Origin: Bacteroidales bacterium
GTDB taxonomy: Bacteria; Bacteroidota; Bacteroidia; Bacteroidales; UBA932
Direction: 5' to 3'
Assembly: GCA_004554455.1 (NCBI GenBank)
Contig: SFMG01000003.1
Span: 43,305 to 107,304, forward strand
DNA length: 64,000 nucleotides
Made by a program: the position numbers and the translations under genes. Numbering within the stretch: the first letter of the stretch is position 1; each line of letters starts with the position of its first letter. Positions 21,405 to 31,701 of this stretch are shown here, piece by piece. The notes below the pieces were generated by a model that saw nothing but the letters and a program-made list of their open reading frames with translations, was not told the DNA's origin and did no database searches.

Positions 21405-22556
21405 TTACTTGGTAGCGCCGAGGGTTACGGAACGGCCGAACTCAGGATGCTCAGGGAAATCGGCAATCACGGAATCCCCAATTACGATATTCTCGTCCTT
21501 GACACCGAGTTCACGCAGATGTGCGGCAACATACTCTACACGGGCTTTGCAGAGGGTCTCGTTGATCTCTCTTGTACCGGTAGCTGCGTCGGCTGAGCCG
21601 ATAAGGGTGTACTTGGCATCTGCTGCCTGATTCTTTACATACTCATCGATGCGGCGGAGTTCAGTGCTGCTGAGGCTAGCAGCGCCTAGTTCGAAGTAAA
21701 GTACGACAGGACGGTCGATGAACTGTGAAACGGCTGGGAGATTCTTGAGTGCATCAAGTTCATCCTGAAGCTGCTTGTTCCTGGAGTCGAGAGCATTGTT
21801 GGACTTGGCAAGTTCGGCCTTCTCTGCTGCAAGAGCGGCATTGGCGTTCTTGAGGGCATCATTGGCGGCACGGAGTGCTTCGAGTGCACTGTTGTCAGGA
21901 GCGGCGCAGCTTGCGGAAGAAGACCTCTTCCAAGTGTTCTTGGCAATGTTCCAGGTCAGGCCTACGGCAGCTGAGAAAAGACCGGACTCACCGTCGCAGC
22001 CGAACTGCTCACCCCTGAGGTGGGAGTAACGGAGGTCGAGATTGATGGCCAGGTGGTCATTGATACGGAAATTGTTGAGGAGACCTGCACCGAGTTCAAA
22101 CTCACGTCCGAAAGTCTTGCTGGCGATGACACCTGCCTGAGCGTAAGGAATGATGTTGTAAACCCTAGTCTGCTTGTAGCCACCGATTGCATTGGAAAGG
22201 TTCCACATAAGGTCGCCGTGGAAGAGGTGGTTACCGCTCTTCTGGCCTGCTGCCTTGTAAGCCCAGCCCTCATATCCGAAGCGGGCACCCACGCTTGGAG
22301 TGAACCACTTTCCGAAGTTGACGTCGAGGGTAGGGGTAAGACCGCCGTCAAAGCTGGAGTTGGCACGGACACCGTCAAGCACGAGGTCTATACCGCCACC
22401 GACGCTGACGAACCAGTTGCTGCCGAATGAATTGGTCTCGTAAGGACCGCGTACGATTTTTCCGTTTGCATCGCGATTGCCGTCTTCCTGGGCAAAAGCA
22501 CCTGCGCAAACAAGCAGTGCTGCCGCAGCAGCAGATAGAAATTTGAAACTGTACAT
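21405..22556 (-). CDS. OmpA-family outer membrane protein (Omp40/41-like: beta-barrel, coiled linker, OmpA C-domain)
   Basis: Barrel motifs NWFVSVGGG and GKWFTPSVGAR; C-terminal YFELG...IGSADAATG...N..L...R. Confidence 0.88.
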   Translation of the reverse strand: MYSFKFLSAAAAALLVCAGAFAQEDGNRDANGKIVRGPYETNSFGSNWFVSVGGGIDLVLDGVRANSSFDGGLTPTLDVNFGKWFTPSVGARFGYEGWAYKAAGQKSGNHLFHGDLMWNLSNAIGGYKQTRVYNIIPYAQAGVIASKTFGREFELGAGLLNNFRINDHLAINLDLRYSHLRGEQFGCDGESGLFSAAVGLTWNIAKNTWKRSSSASCAAPDNSALEALRAANDALKNANAALAAEKAELAKSNNALDSRNKQLQDELDALKNLPAVSQFIDRPVVLYFELGAASLSSTELRRIDEYVKNQAADAKYTLIGSADAATGTREINETLCKARVEYVAAHLRELGVKDENIVIGDSVIADFPEHPEFGRSVTLGATK

Positions 22557-22589
22557 AATTATTTATATTTATATAGTATATCCTGAAAT

Positions 22590-23267
22590 TTACGACCTCT
22601 CGCCGAAAATCGCGCTGCCTATGCGGACCATATTCGATCCGGCCTGCAATGCAAGAGGCCAGTCGCCGGACATGCCGATCGAGAGGATGTCGAAAGCGTC
22701 CAGTTCGGGAAAAAGGTCGCAGACATAGTCCTTGAAATCGGCTATGCGCCTGAAATCAGATAGGACTATCTCCTCGTCATCGACGTTGGACGCCATACCC
22801 ATAAGACCGCGGAAACGTATGTTTGCATATTTCCCGGCATTGAAAAGCAATTCGAGAGCCTCCTCCTCGAAGAAACCCTGTTTGCTGTCCTCACCGGCGA
22901 TATGCATTTCGAGAAGTATGTCAGTTGTCTTCCCTGCCGCCTTGCCCCAGCGGTCTATTTCCTGAAGGAGTTTCACGCTGTCCACTGACTGCACGAGACT
23001 GACATACGGAAGGACCAGTTTGAGCTTGTTGGTCTGGAGGTGGCCTATGAACTGCCACTCTATCTCCGGGCACTTGCCTTCCAGCTCCCCTATCTTCCTG
23101 AACAGCTCCTGAGGCCTGCTTTCCGCGAAACAACGCTGCCCGGCGGCATAGGCCTCTTCGATGGCTGAAGAAGGGTGAAACTTTGAGACTGCCACCAGTT
23201 TCACTCCTGATGGCAGTCTCTGTCTTAAATGTTCTATGTTTTCCTTAATATCCAAGGACTTTGTCAT
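22590..23267 (-). CDS. yggS: PLP homeostasis protein YggS
   Basis: Motifs LVAVSKFH, FIGHLQTNK, GLMGMA, SIGMSGD and VRIGSAIFG. Confidence 0.95.
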   Translation of the reverse strand: MTKSLDIKENIEHLRQRLPSGVKLVAVSKFHPSSAIEEAYAAGQRCFAESRPQELFRKIGELEGKCPEIEWQFIGHLQTNKLKLVLPYVSLVQSVDSVKLLQEIDRWGKAAGKTTDILLEMHIAGEDSKQGFFEEEALELLFNAGKYANIRFRGLMGMASNVDDEEIVLSDFRRIADFKDYVCDLFPELDAFDILSIGMSGDWPLALQAGSNMVRIGSAIFGERS

Positions 23268-25196
23268 TTATTTCCTGTTTTTCATCTGCTGGGCCTGCAT
23301 ACGCTGCGCCTCCTCGAGTCTGAGCTGGAACTTCGATTTCTTCACCGGAGCAGCCTGTTTTGCACGGGCCTTGGCGAGAATCTTCTCCTCGTCCACGAAG
23401 AACTTCTTGATAATCCAGGTCTGGAGCATAGTGAAGATATTGGAAAGCAGATAGTAGTAGCTGAGCGCCGATGAAAGTCCGTTACAGATGAAGAACATCA
23501 TCACAGGCATCATCCATACGGTCATGAACTTCATCGGAGCCATATTCGGATCGTCAGACATCGACTTGCTGTTCATCTTCGAATAGAAGAACATTGTCAC
23601 GGCCATAAGCAGCGCAAAGAGGGAGAGATGCCAGGACCCTATATTCAATATGGAATCGTATGAGCTGAGGTCCTCCGCCCAGAGGAAAGGCTGCTGGCGA
23701 AGCTCTATGGACGCAGGGAAGAAGCGGAACATTGCATAGAGCACAGGCAGCTGAAGGAGCATAGGCAGACAGCCGCCCATAGGGCTTATGCCAACCTTCC
23801 TGTAGAGCTCCATCTGAGCCTGCTGCTTCTTCATCGCATCCTCCGGCTTAGGATACTTCTCATTGAGCTTGTCGATCTCCGGCTTGAGCACTGCCGTCAT
23901 TGCGGAAGAACGATAGGACTTTATCGTGAGAGGCGAAATGACAAGCTTTATCAGAATGGTCATCAGCAATATGATAAGACCATAGCTGTCTATCCATCTG
24001 TGGAGGAAGTGGAAGATAGGTATGATGACGCCGCGGCTGATAAGGCCGACAACGTTGCCACCCAGAGGGATCACTTTCTCATATTTCTGCCCGAGTTTCT
24101 TGAGGCCGCGGAAATCGTTGGGACCGAAGTAGAACTCGTAAGGGACGTGTATATTGTCGCCGTGTTCTATCTCGGATACCATCTTGGCGCTGCAGGTCAT
24201 CAGATTGCCCTTGGAGAGATAGTCGCTCTCGTCGGCAAACTTGACTGCCACCTCTCCGGAGAGGAAGTCGTTCGGGCTGTTGATGATGGAAGAGAAGAAC
24301 TGCTGCTTGAAGTCCACCCAGCGGACTTTCGAAGGTATATTCTTGGAAGAATAGTTGTTACGCCTTGCGGTCAGGGTCTCCGGTTTCTTCTCGCCGTCGA
24401 AATAGTAGGAGAGATTGGAGTACTGCTTCTCATTCTTGTAACCCTTCTCGAGACGCGGTACTATCATTGCCCAGTCGAGATCGACGCTGGACACTTTCGA
24501 AGGGATCACATCCTTCAGTCCGACAAAGGACAGGTCGTCCTTCAGGAGATATGAATCCTCTGAGAGGGTGTATTTCTGCTCGATATAGCCACCATTGTCG
24601 AAGTAGAGTCTCATCGCGACGCTGCTGTCCGTCTGCTCGGCGAGCTCGAAGGTCAGGTCTGCGGTATTGATCATCTCTCCGGCATACACGGCTATGCCCA
24701 GGTAGCTCTTGCCCTCACGAATGAGCATAAGCCCTGCGGAATCCTTGCGTGCCGTGGTATCCTTGCGGGAACGGTAGGTGGTGTAGCCCTTCACGCGTAC
24801 GGAGTAAGGCTGGGCACCCTTGGTGTTGAACACCACTTCCAGCTTTTCGTTTTCGATCTTGCACAGGGACGCGGCCTTTGCCCTCGCCATGTTGAGGGAA
24901 GAATCCTTGTATATTTTCTCTACTGCCGGCTCTTCCGTCTGTTCTGCGGCTTTTTCTTCGGCCTTTTCGGCAAGCGGCTGAGTCTCGGCGGCCTTTTCCG
25001 CAACCGGCTGTGCCTCAACGGCATTCGCAGTCGCGTCTATGCTGTCCTTCACCGCTTCCGGGTGCTCGGCGACATATTCTACAGCGGCCTTTAACTGTTT
25101 CTTCTGACGTACCTTGGTCTGCACCATAGGAAATATGCTCGCTCCCGCGAGAAGCAGACCTATGAGTACGAGTCCGATAATTTCACTTTTCCTCAT
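23268..25196 (-). CDS. yidC: Membrane protein insertase YidC
   Basis: Motifs YFGPN, YGLIILLMTILIK, PMGGCLPMLLQLP and FLWAEDLS. Confidence 0.95.
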   Translation of the reverse strand: MRKSEIIGLVLIGLLLAGASIFPMVQTKVRQKKQLKAAVEYVAEHPEAVKDSIDATANAVEAQPVAEKAAETQPLAEKAEEKAAEQTEEPAVEKIYKDSSLNMARAKAASLCKIENEKLEVVFNTKGAQPYSVRVKGYTTYRSRKDTTARKDSAGLMLIREGKSYLGIAVYAGEMINTADLTFELAEQTDSSVAMRLYFDNGGYIEQKYTLSEDSYLLKDDLSFVGLKDVIPSKVSSVDLDWAMIVPRLEKGYKNEKQYSNLSYYFDGEKKPETLTARRNNYSSKNIPSKVRWVDFKQQFFSSIINSPNDFLSGEVAVKFADESDYLSKGNLMTCSAKMVSEIEHGDNIHVPYEFYFGPNDFRGLKKLGQKYEKVIPLGGNVVGLISRGVIIPIFHFLHRWIDSYGLIILLMTILIKLVISPLTIKSYRSSAMTAVLKPEIDKLNEKYPKPEDAMKKQQAQMELYRKVGISPMGGCLPMLLQLPVLYAMFRFFPASIELRQQPFLWAEDLSSYDSILNIGSWHLSLFALLMAVTMFFYSKMNSKSMSDDPNMAPMKFMTVWMMPVMMFFICNGLSSALSYYYLLSNIFTMLQTWIIKKFFVDEEKILAKARAKQAAPVKKSKFQLRLEEAQRMQAQQMKNRK

Positions 25197-25199
25197 ATC

Positions 25200-26933
25200 C
25201 TATTCCATCGAACGTATTTCTGCTTCAAGGCTGCGGAGCTCCTCCTTGGCCTTGGCTATTCTCTCCTCCATCTGACGGATAAGAGGTTCGGCATTCTTGC
25301 TCCTTGCGAAGAAGCCGAGATTGTTCTCATACGTTACTATATCCTGTTCCAACTGGTTATACTTCTTGACGAGACGCTCCTTTTCAGTCATAGGAGTCCT
25401 CTCAGGCCTCTGACGGCGGGATGCCCCGCGACCGGCATTGAACTTGGCCATTGCCTCGCGGTAGGCCTGCGCAATCCTGTCCTTCTCCTTGAAAGGAACG
25501 AAGCCTATGGCCTGCCACCTCTCGGAGAATTTTGAGCCTGCCTCCGCATCCGCCTCTGCGTCACCGCTGAGTTCATACGCGTTGATTTCCGCAATGAGGC
25601 GCTGCTTTGCCTTGAGGTTGCCGTAGTAGTCGTTGGCGTCCTTAGGCTGTTTGTCCCTGGCCTCGAAGAAACTGTCGCAGGCGGCACGGAACCTCTTCCA
25701 GAGCGCATCCGACTTCTGGCGCGGAACCGCACCTATTTCCTTCCACTGCTTCTGCAGGTCTATGAGCGTATCGGCAGTAGCCTTCCAGTCCGTGCTGTCC
25801 TTGAGGGCCTCGGCCTGTTCGCATATAGCCAGCTTGCGCGCGAGATTCTCGTTGATGCTCTCCTTGAAGCCTGCATAGAACTCCTTCTTCCTGGCGAAGA
25901 AGGCGTCACAGGCGGCGCGGAATCGGTCATATATCTTCTGATTGTCCTTCTTCGAGGCGAAGCCTATGCCCCTCCATTCCTTCTGTATTTCCTCGAGGGC
26001 CTTGGTGGCGGCGTTCCATTCGTTGGCATTCGCCATTTCGGCTGCGGCTATGGCCTCGGCCTTCTCGCAAAGGGCGGTCTTGGCCACAAGGTTGGCCTCC
26101 TGCTGCTCCTTAAGTCCCTCGAAGTGAGCCTGATAGTTGCGGTTTATCACGGCGGTTGCCGCCTTGAAACGCTCCCAGATGCTCTCACGGTACTGCTTCT
26201 CCACAGGACCGTAATCCTTCCACTGCTCGTGGAGTTTCTGCAGCTCACGGAAGGCCTCTACCACGTCGCTGCGCTGTGCAAGGGCCTCGGCCTCCTCGCA
26301 AAATGCGGTCTTGGCCTCGAGGTTCTTCTTGAAATCGAGGTCACGGAGTTCGCGGTTGATATTCACCATATCATAGAACTGCTCCACATAGAGCTGGTAG
26401 GTCTCGTTGAGATTCCTGAAGTTCTGCACCGGTACGGGTCCTACGGCTTTCCACCGATCCTGGATAGACCTGAACTCAGGGAAGGTAACCTTCACGTCCT
26501 CCTGCTTTTCGAGCAGCTGCTTGAGGTCTTCTATCACGGCCTGCTTGAGGGAGAGATTCCTCTCCCGCTCAGCCTCCTGAGCCTTGTTGTATTCTGCCTT
26601 TTCCTTCTTGAAGGCGTTATAATAGGCCTTGAAGGCCTCTTCTATTCCGGTAAACGGATTCTCCTCAGCGGATTCCGGGTCTATGCCGGCCTCTGACTTG
26701 GCCTTGATGAGCTTCTTGTAGAAAGCGGACTTGATGGCGTCCGCCTCTTTCGCGCGCTGCATTCTGTCTTCGCTCTTGGCCAGCTGCTCGAAAGCTGCGA
26801 CCAGCTCCGGGATACCCATTTCCTGATAATTCACTGCTGCAGCCTCGACGACTGGCGCCATCTCTGCAGGCTCTGGTACATCTGAAGGCACGTTTGCTTC
26901 CACGTTAACTTCAGGGATGATCTCTTCACTCAT
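25200..26933 (-). CDS. DUF349 domain-containing protein
   Basis: Repeated N...K..LCE.AE...LQ..WK.IG.VP...W.RF..ACD.FF units. Start placed at MSEEII. Confidence 0.88.
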   Translation of the reverse strand: MSEEIIPEVNVEANVPSDVPEPAEMAPVVEAAAVNYQEMGIPELVAAFEQLAKSEDRMQRAKEADAIKSAFYKKLIKAKSEAGIDPESAEENPFTGIEEAFKAYYNAFKKEKAEYNKAQEAERERNLSLKQAVIEDLKQLLEKQEDVKVTFPEFRSIQDRWKAVGPVPVQNFRNLNETYQLYVEQFYDMVNINRELRDLDFKKNLEAKTAFCEEAEALAQRSDVVEAFRELQKLHEQWKDYGPVEKQYRESIWERFKAATAVINRNYQAHFEGLKEQQEANLVAKTALCEKAEAIAAAEMANANEWNAATKALEEIQKEWRGIGFASKKDNQKIYDRFRAACDAFFARKKEFYAGFKESINENLARKLAICEQAEALKDSTDWKATADTLIDLQKQWKEIGAVPRQKSDALWKRFRAACDSFFEARDKQPKDANDYYGNLKAKQRLIAEINAYELSGDAEADAEAGSKFSERWQAIGFVPFKEKDRIAQAYREAMAKFNAGRGASRRQRPERTPMTEKERLVKKYNQLEQDIVTYENNLGFFARSKNAEPLIRQMEERIAKAKEELRSLEAEIRSME

Positions 26934-27049
26934 TTTGGAGTCAATTTGTTGGTTTAACTCGCAAATATACCTATTTTTTGCATACACTTTCAGTTTTACG
27001 CAGACAAATTGCTATTTTTGCAGGCGGATAACCAAAATCGGAAGCGTAA

Positions 27050-27733
27050 ATGAGAATAGACATAATTACCGTAGTGCCTGAGTTGCTGGAAAGCCCGCTG
27101 AGCCATTCCATCGTGGGAAGGGCGAGGAAGAAGGGAATAGTAGAAATAGAGGTCCACAACCTGCGCAAATACGGCAAGGGTCCGCGCCTCCAGGTGGACG
27201 ACTACAGCTACGGCGGGGATGCCGGAATGGTCCTTATGGTCGAGCCGGTTTACCGTATGATCGAAGAGCTGAAGGCGGAGCGCGACTACGACGAAGTGAT
27301 ATACCTCTCCCCTGACGGAGAGATCCTTACTCAGGGCATAGCCAACGAGCTCTCGCTCAAGGGGAATCTGATTCTGCTCTGCGGCCACTACAAGGGTATA
27401 GACAACCGCATACGCGAACATCTGGTCACCAGGGAGATATCCGTGGGAGACTATGTTCTCAGCGGCGGAGAGATTCCGGCAGCCATACTGGCCGATGCCA
27501 TTGTGCGCCTGATTCCCGGCGCTCTGACCGACGAGACTTCCGCACTGAGCGACTGCTTTCAGGACGGGCTCCTTTCCAGTGAGATATACACCCGCCCCGC
27601 CGAATTCAACGGATGGAAAGTGCCGGACGTGCTCCTCAGCGGAAACCCAAGACTCATACGCGAATGGCAGGACGAAAATGCCCTCGCACGCACGCGTGAA
27701 CGCCGTCCAGGCCTGCTTGATGAAAAATTTTGA
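27050..27733 (+). CDS. trmD: tRNA (guanine-N1)-methyltransferase TrmD
   Basis: Motifs [33 protein letters not shown] and YTRPA. TATTTTTG promoter at 27013. Confidence 0.97.
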   Translation: MRIDIITVVPELLESPLSHSIVGRARKKGIVEIEVHNLRKYGKGPRLQVDDYSYGGDAGMVLMVEPVYRMIEELKAERDYDEVIYLSPDGEILTQGIANELSLKGNLILLCGHYKGIDNRIREHLVTREISVGDYVLSGGEIPAAILADAIVRLIPGALTDETSALSDCFQDGLLSSEIYTRPAEFNGWKVPDVLLSGNPRLIREWQDENALARTRERRPGLLDEKF

Positions 27734-27815
27734 TTTTCAGAAACAATCATTAACTTTGCGGCATACTACCGCATAATTAAGAGCCATCATGGCATAACAC
27801 GACAACTATTTAACC

Positions 27816-27853
27816 GAGAGAAAACCCGCAGAGACTGCGGGTTTCTCTTTTTT
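27816..27853 (+). terminator. Intrinsic terminator (probably bidirectional)
   Basis: GAGAAAACCCGCAG-AGA-CTGCGGGTTTCTC stem followed by TTTTTT. Confidence 0.8.
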
Positions 27854-27869
27854 CTGAAACGGAGAAAAG

Positions 27870-28871
27870 CTACTCGAGACAGCTGAGCACCCGGATCTGC
27901 TCTGGGAGTACCTCAAGACGGACAGGCACGGAGCCGATGGTCTCGCCGTCGATTTCAACGACTTCGGGATTCTGTTCCTGTGCCGCCGGCAGCACGACTA
28001 TGCTGCTGCACTTGGCGAAGAGCAGTTCCTTGACAGAAGAAAGCTTGCCGGTGAAGAGATGACGCAGTTTAGAAAGGAGAAGGGGTATGGGAAGGCGCGG
28101 CACGACCATCATATCCAGTTTCAAATCGTCCACGACAGCATCAGGCACCTGGCGCATGCCTCCGCCGGAATACTGTCCGGTGCCGAAGGCAATGGAGAAG
28201 CAGTCGCCGCTGAAGAAAAGCTTTCCGTCGGCCCATATCTCGACAGGGAAAGAATAGAAATTGGCGATAACCTTCAGAAGGGCCTTCAGATAGAGCGAAG
28301 AGCCGGTCTTGCCGAGCCGCTTCTGCTCATTGACAATGGCGCAGATACGGGAATCGAAACCCACTCCGGCCACGTTCAGCATATAGTCGGTGCGAATGGC
28401 GGGAGCCACGGCGGCCTCCTGCGGATCGCGGGTTTCGACACGGCTGACCCTGACGACGTCCTGGAGGTGGAATGACGAAGATTTCATCAGATCCGCCACC
28501 CGGTCTATGTCACGGGGAACCTTGTGAGTCTTGATCCAGTCGTTGCCCGAACCGATGGGAATGACGGCAATGGCAATGTCCTGGAGATGCACGCTACCTG
28601 CAGGACGGGACTCATACCAGTGCATCAGGCCGCAGAAGAGTTCGTGTACCGTGCCGTCGCCGCCGACAGCAGCCAGATTGCGGTAGCCCTCATCGAGAGC
28701 CGCAGCGGCAAGTTCCTCAGCATGGCCGGGTCCGCAGGTCTCGACAGAGACATAGTCCAGGCCCTTCTCCCGGAAACATTTTTCAGCCTTTTTCCATTTG
28801 CTTATGGTCTTGCCGGAGCCGGCGTGTGGATTCACGATGATATACCACTTCTTGGAACAGTTCTCTGACAT
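27870..28871 (-). CDS. Diacylglycerol kinase family lipid kinase (YegS/DgkB-like)
   Basis: Motifs IVNPHAGSG, VGGDGT, IPIGSGND, GVGFD and EIDGE. Start placed at MSENC. Confidence 0.9.
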   Translation of the reverse strand: MSENCSKKWYIIVNPHAGSGKTISKWKKAEKCFREKGLDYVSVETCGPGHAEELAAAALDEGYRNLAAVGGDGTVHELFCGLMHWYESRPAGSVHLQDIAIAVIPIGSGNDWIKTHKVPRDIDRVADLMKSSSFHLQDVVRVSRVETRDPQEAAVAPAIRTDYMLNVAGVGFDSRICAIVNEQKRLGKTGSSLYLKALLKVIANFYSFPVEIWADGKLFFSGDCFSIAFGTGQYSGGGMRQVPDAVVDDLKLDMMVVPRLPIPLLLSKLRHLFTGKLSSVKELLFAKCSSIVVLPAAQEQNPEVVEIDGETIGSVPVRLEVLPEQIRVLSCLE

Positions 28872-28983
28872 CAGTACACTTTTTGACCCGGCAAATGTAG
28901 CAAAGTATTTTCTGAAAATCACAAATTCGACCGACTTATAACTATTATTTGTATATTTGCCATGATAATGTCTAATTAGGAAT

Positions 28984-29760
28984 ATGGGAAAAGTCATAGC
29001 AATAGCCAACCAGAAAGGCGGCGTGGGCAAGACCACGACGGCAATCAACCTAGCCGCATCCCTGGCTGTCCTCGAGAAGAAGGTCCTGATAATAGATGCC
29101 GACCCTCAGGCCAACACCACATCGGGACTGAACTTCCCGCCGGACAACGACGAGAAGCGCACTCTCTACGAAGTGCTCATTGCCGAGAGGGATATAGAGG
29201 ATGTGCTGGTGGGCACTGAAATGGAGGGACTTCATCTCATACCTTCCCACATCAATCTCGTGGGCGCAGAAATAGAACTCCTGGACAGCGAGGAACGCGA
29301 AACCATACTCAAGAGACAGCTTGCCAAGCTGAGGGACAGCTACGATTTCATCATCATTGACTGCTCCCCTTCCCTCGGACTGATCACCGTCAACGCCCTT
29401 ACCGCGGCCGACTCGGTACTCATCCCGGTACAGCCTGAATTCTTCGCGCTCGAAGGCCTCGGCAAGCTGCTTCAGACCATACGTCTGGTCCAGGCCGGAC
29501 CGAACCCGGAACTCACCATAGAGGGCTTTGTGGTAACGATGTTCGACGGCAGGACCAAGATTCACAGCCAGGTCGTCGCCCAGTTGCGCGAACACTTCGG
29601 AGAAATGGTGTTCAGCACTCTGATACAGCGCAACATACGCCTGAGCGAGGCGCCGTCCCACGGCAAGCCTATAGTCCTTTATGACGTAATGTGCAACGGC
29701 ACCTCGAATTACCTCAACCTGGCCAAGGAAATCCTCGCCCGCAACCCGGAAACAAAATAA
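28984..29760 (+). CDS. parA: Chromosome partitioning ATPase ParA/Soj
   Basis: Motifs NQKGGVGKTT, DADPQAN, IDCSPSL and EAPSHG. Confidence 0.96.
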   Translation: MGKVIAIANQKGGVGKTTTAINLAASLAVLEKKVLIIDADPQANTTSGLNFPPDNDEKRTLYEVLIAERDIEDVLVGTEMEGLHLIPSHINLVGAEIELLDSEERETILKRQLAKLRDSYDFIIIDCSPSLGLITVNALTAADSVLIPVQPEFFALEGLGKLLQTIRLVQAGPNPELTIEGFVVTMFDGRTKIHSQVVAQLREHFGEMVFSTLIQRNIRLSEAPSHGKPIVLYDVMCNGTSNYLNLAKEILARNPETK

Positions 29761-29772
29761 CAGCAGATACAG

Positions 29773-30705
29773 ATGGCAAAACAGACACACGGACTCGGTA
29801 AAGGGCTCGAAGCCCTGCTGGGAGGCGGCGCAACGGACCCCTCGCAGTTCAGAAAGCCGGTCGGATACATAAACAAGGACGTAGTCACCAGGGGCAAGCC
29901 CCTTTCATCCAACGGGGATATAGTCAGAATACCCGTGGATATGGTGGAACCGAATCCCTACCAGCCCCGAATGAGCTTTGACAACGAGGCTCTGAACGAA
30001 CTGGCCGACTCGATAAGGACACTCGGCCTCATCCAGCCTATCACAGTCAGGAGAAAATCGGACGACCGCTTCCAGATTATCAGCGGCGAACGCCGTTTCA
30101 GGGCCTGCCGGCTCTGCAATATGGAGATGGTTCCGGCCTACGTCATGGAGGCGAATGACCAGGGTATGCTGGAAATGGCCATAGTCGAGAACATCCAGAG
30201 GGAGAATCTCGACCCTATCGAAGTCGCCATGAGCTACCAGAGACTGATAGACGAGTGCCGCCTCACCCAGGAGCAGATGGCAGAAAGGGTGGGCAAGAAG
30301 AGGGCATCCGTGACCAACACCCTGCGCCTTCTCCGCCTTCCGGCAAAGGTGCAGCACGACCTGAAGGTGGGTCTCATCAGCGTAGGACACGCCAAGGTCA
30401 TACTCGGTGTCGATGACCCTTCCCTGCAGGAGAAGCTCTGCGACCTGGTGGTGCGGGACGGTCTCTCCGTCAGGCAGCTGGAAGAGAAGTTGCGCAAGCT
30501 TATGAACACCGGAGAAAAGGACGAGAGCCAGGTGCGTGAGCTTCCGGAACACTGCTACAGGGTACTGGAGATCATGGGCAAATATTTTGACAACAACATA
30601 TCGCTGAAAAGGAATGACGCCGGCAAAGGTTCCATGACCATCAGGTTCGGAAACGACGCCGAGATGCAGCGTTTCCTGCAGGCGCTCGAGAACGCCAAGC
30701 TTTAG
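29773..30705 (+). CDS. parB: Chromosome partitioning protein ParB/Spo0J
   Basis: Motifs LGKGLEAL, NPYQPR, GERRFRA and ENIQRENL, plus an HTH. Confidence 0.96.
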   Translation: MAKQTHGLGKGLEALLGGGATDPSQFRKPVGYINKDVVTRGKPLSSNGDIVRIPVDMVEPNPYQPRMSFDNEALNELADSIRTLGLIQPITVRRKSDDRFQIISGERRFRACRLCNMEMVPAYVMEANDQGMLEMAIVENIQRENLDPIEVAMSYQRLIDECRLTQEQMAERVGKKRASVTNTLRLLRLPAKVQHDLKVGLISVGHAKVILGVDDPSLQEKLCDLVVRDGLSVRQLEEKLRKLMNTGEKDESQVRELPEHCYRVLEIMGKYFDNNISLKRNDAGKGSMTIRFGNDAEMQRFLQALENAKL

Positions 30706-30706
30706 G

Positions 30707-31699
30707 ATGCGCCTCCGCAGAATCATAGCGACAGCAATCTGTGCATTCCTGTGCCCTGTCCTGGCTCAGGCCCAGTTCAAGGAACAGGCCTTCACGCAGA
30801 GCTATGTCGATGAGAACGACAGCACGGCATTTAAGGACAGCACGGACAAACTCTTTTCCTTCAAGGAATATTTCGGGGCCCTCGGCCACAAGAACACGAT
30901 GAAGATAGGCAATATGTTCGCCGGCTCCGTCGTGCTTCCGGGTACTGCCCAGATCTACAACAGACAGTACTGGAAGCTGCCGATCATATACGGAGGACTT
31001 GCGGCCTTCGCGGGCTCCGGAGGCTACTATCTCGGCAGATACCAGAAGACGGTCAAGGCCGAAGCGGCCTGGCAGGCTGACAGGAACGCCTTCCTCGAAG
31101 CCAATCCCGGACTGAGCTACGATGTGCCCCAGCCCTTGCTCGACACCCGTTCCAAAACTATGGGAACCTGGCTTATGGTGGGCGCCGGAGTGGTTTACTG
31201 GGCATCGCTGATGGACGGCGTGGCCAGCTACAAGAGCGACCAGGCCCCACTTCCGGGAAGGGCGACCCTCTATTCCATACTGCTTCCCGGCCTCGGACAG
31301 GCGTATAACGGGGAATACTGGAAGATTCCCGTCTATTACACGGGACTGATGATCTCCGGCTACTGCCTTTACAACTTCAATCTCAACTACAGGAGATTCA
31401 AGAACATACACAATATGGCTACCAATCCGGACCTGGAATACGACGGCTCCATCAGCGGCGAAACAGCAAAATACTACAGGGATGTTTACCGCCGCTACCG
31501 CGACTATTCCATCGTTGCAACCGTAGCCGTATATCTGCTGCAGGTCATCGATGCGAACGTCTTCGCATATATGCATGACTTCGAAGTAAACGACAACCTC
31601 ACCCTCGACATCAGTCCTACCATAATAAACCCGGACAACTGCTACGCTTTCAACCCATCCCAGAGTGCGGTAGGGCTCAGTCTGGGACTCCGCTTCTGA
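30707..31699 (+). CDS. DUF5683-family membrane protein (two tandem domains)
   Basis: The LPG.AQ.YN..YWK.P motif occurs twice. Typical position after parB in Bacteroidota. Confidence 0.75.
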   Translation: MRLRRIIATAICAFLCPVLAQAQFKEQAFTQSYVDENDSTAFKDSTDKLFSFKEYFGALGHKNTMKIGNMFAGSVVLPGTAQIYNRQYWKLPIIYGGLAAFAGSGGYYLGRYQKTVKAEAAWQADRNAFLEANPGLSYDVPQPLLDTRSKTMGTWLMVGAGVVYWASLMDGVASYKSDQAPLPGRATLYSILLPGLGQAYNGEYWKIPVYYTGLMISGYCLYNFNLNYRRFKNIHNMATNPDLEYDGSISGETAKYYRDVYRRYRDYSIVATVAVYLLQVIDANVFAYMHDFEVNDNLTLDISPTIINPDNCYAFNPSQSAVGLSLGLRF

Positions 31700-31701
31700 G
31701 A

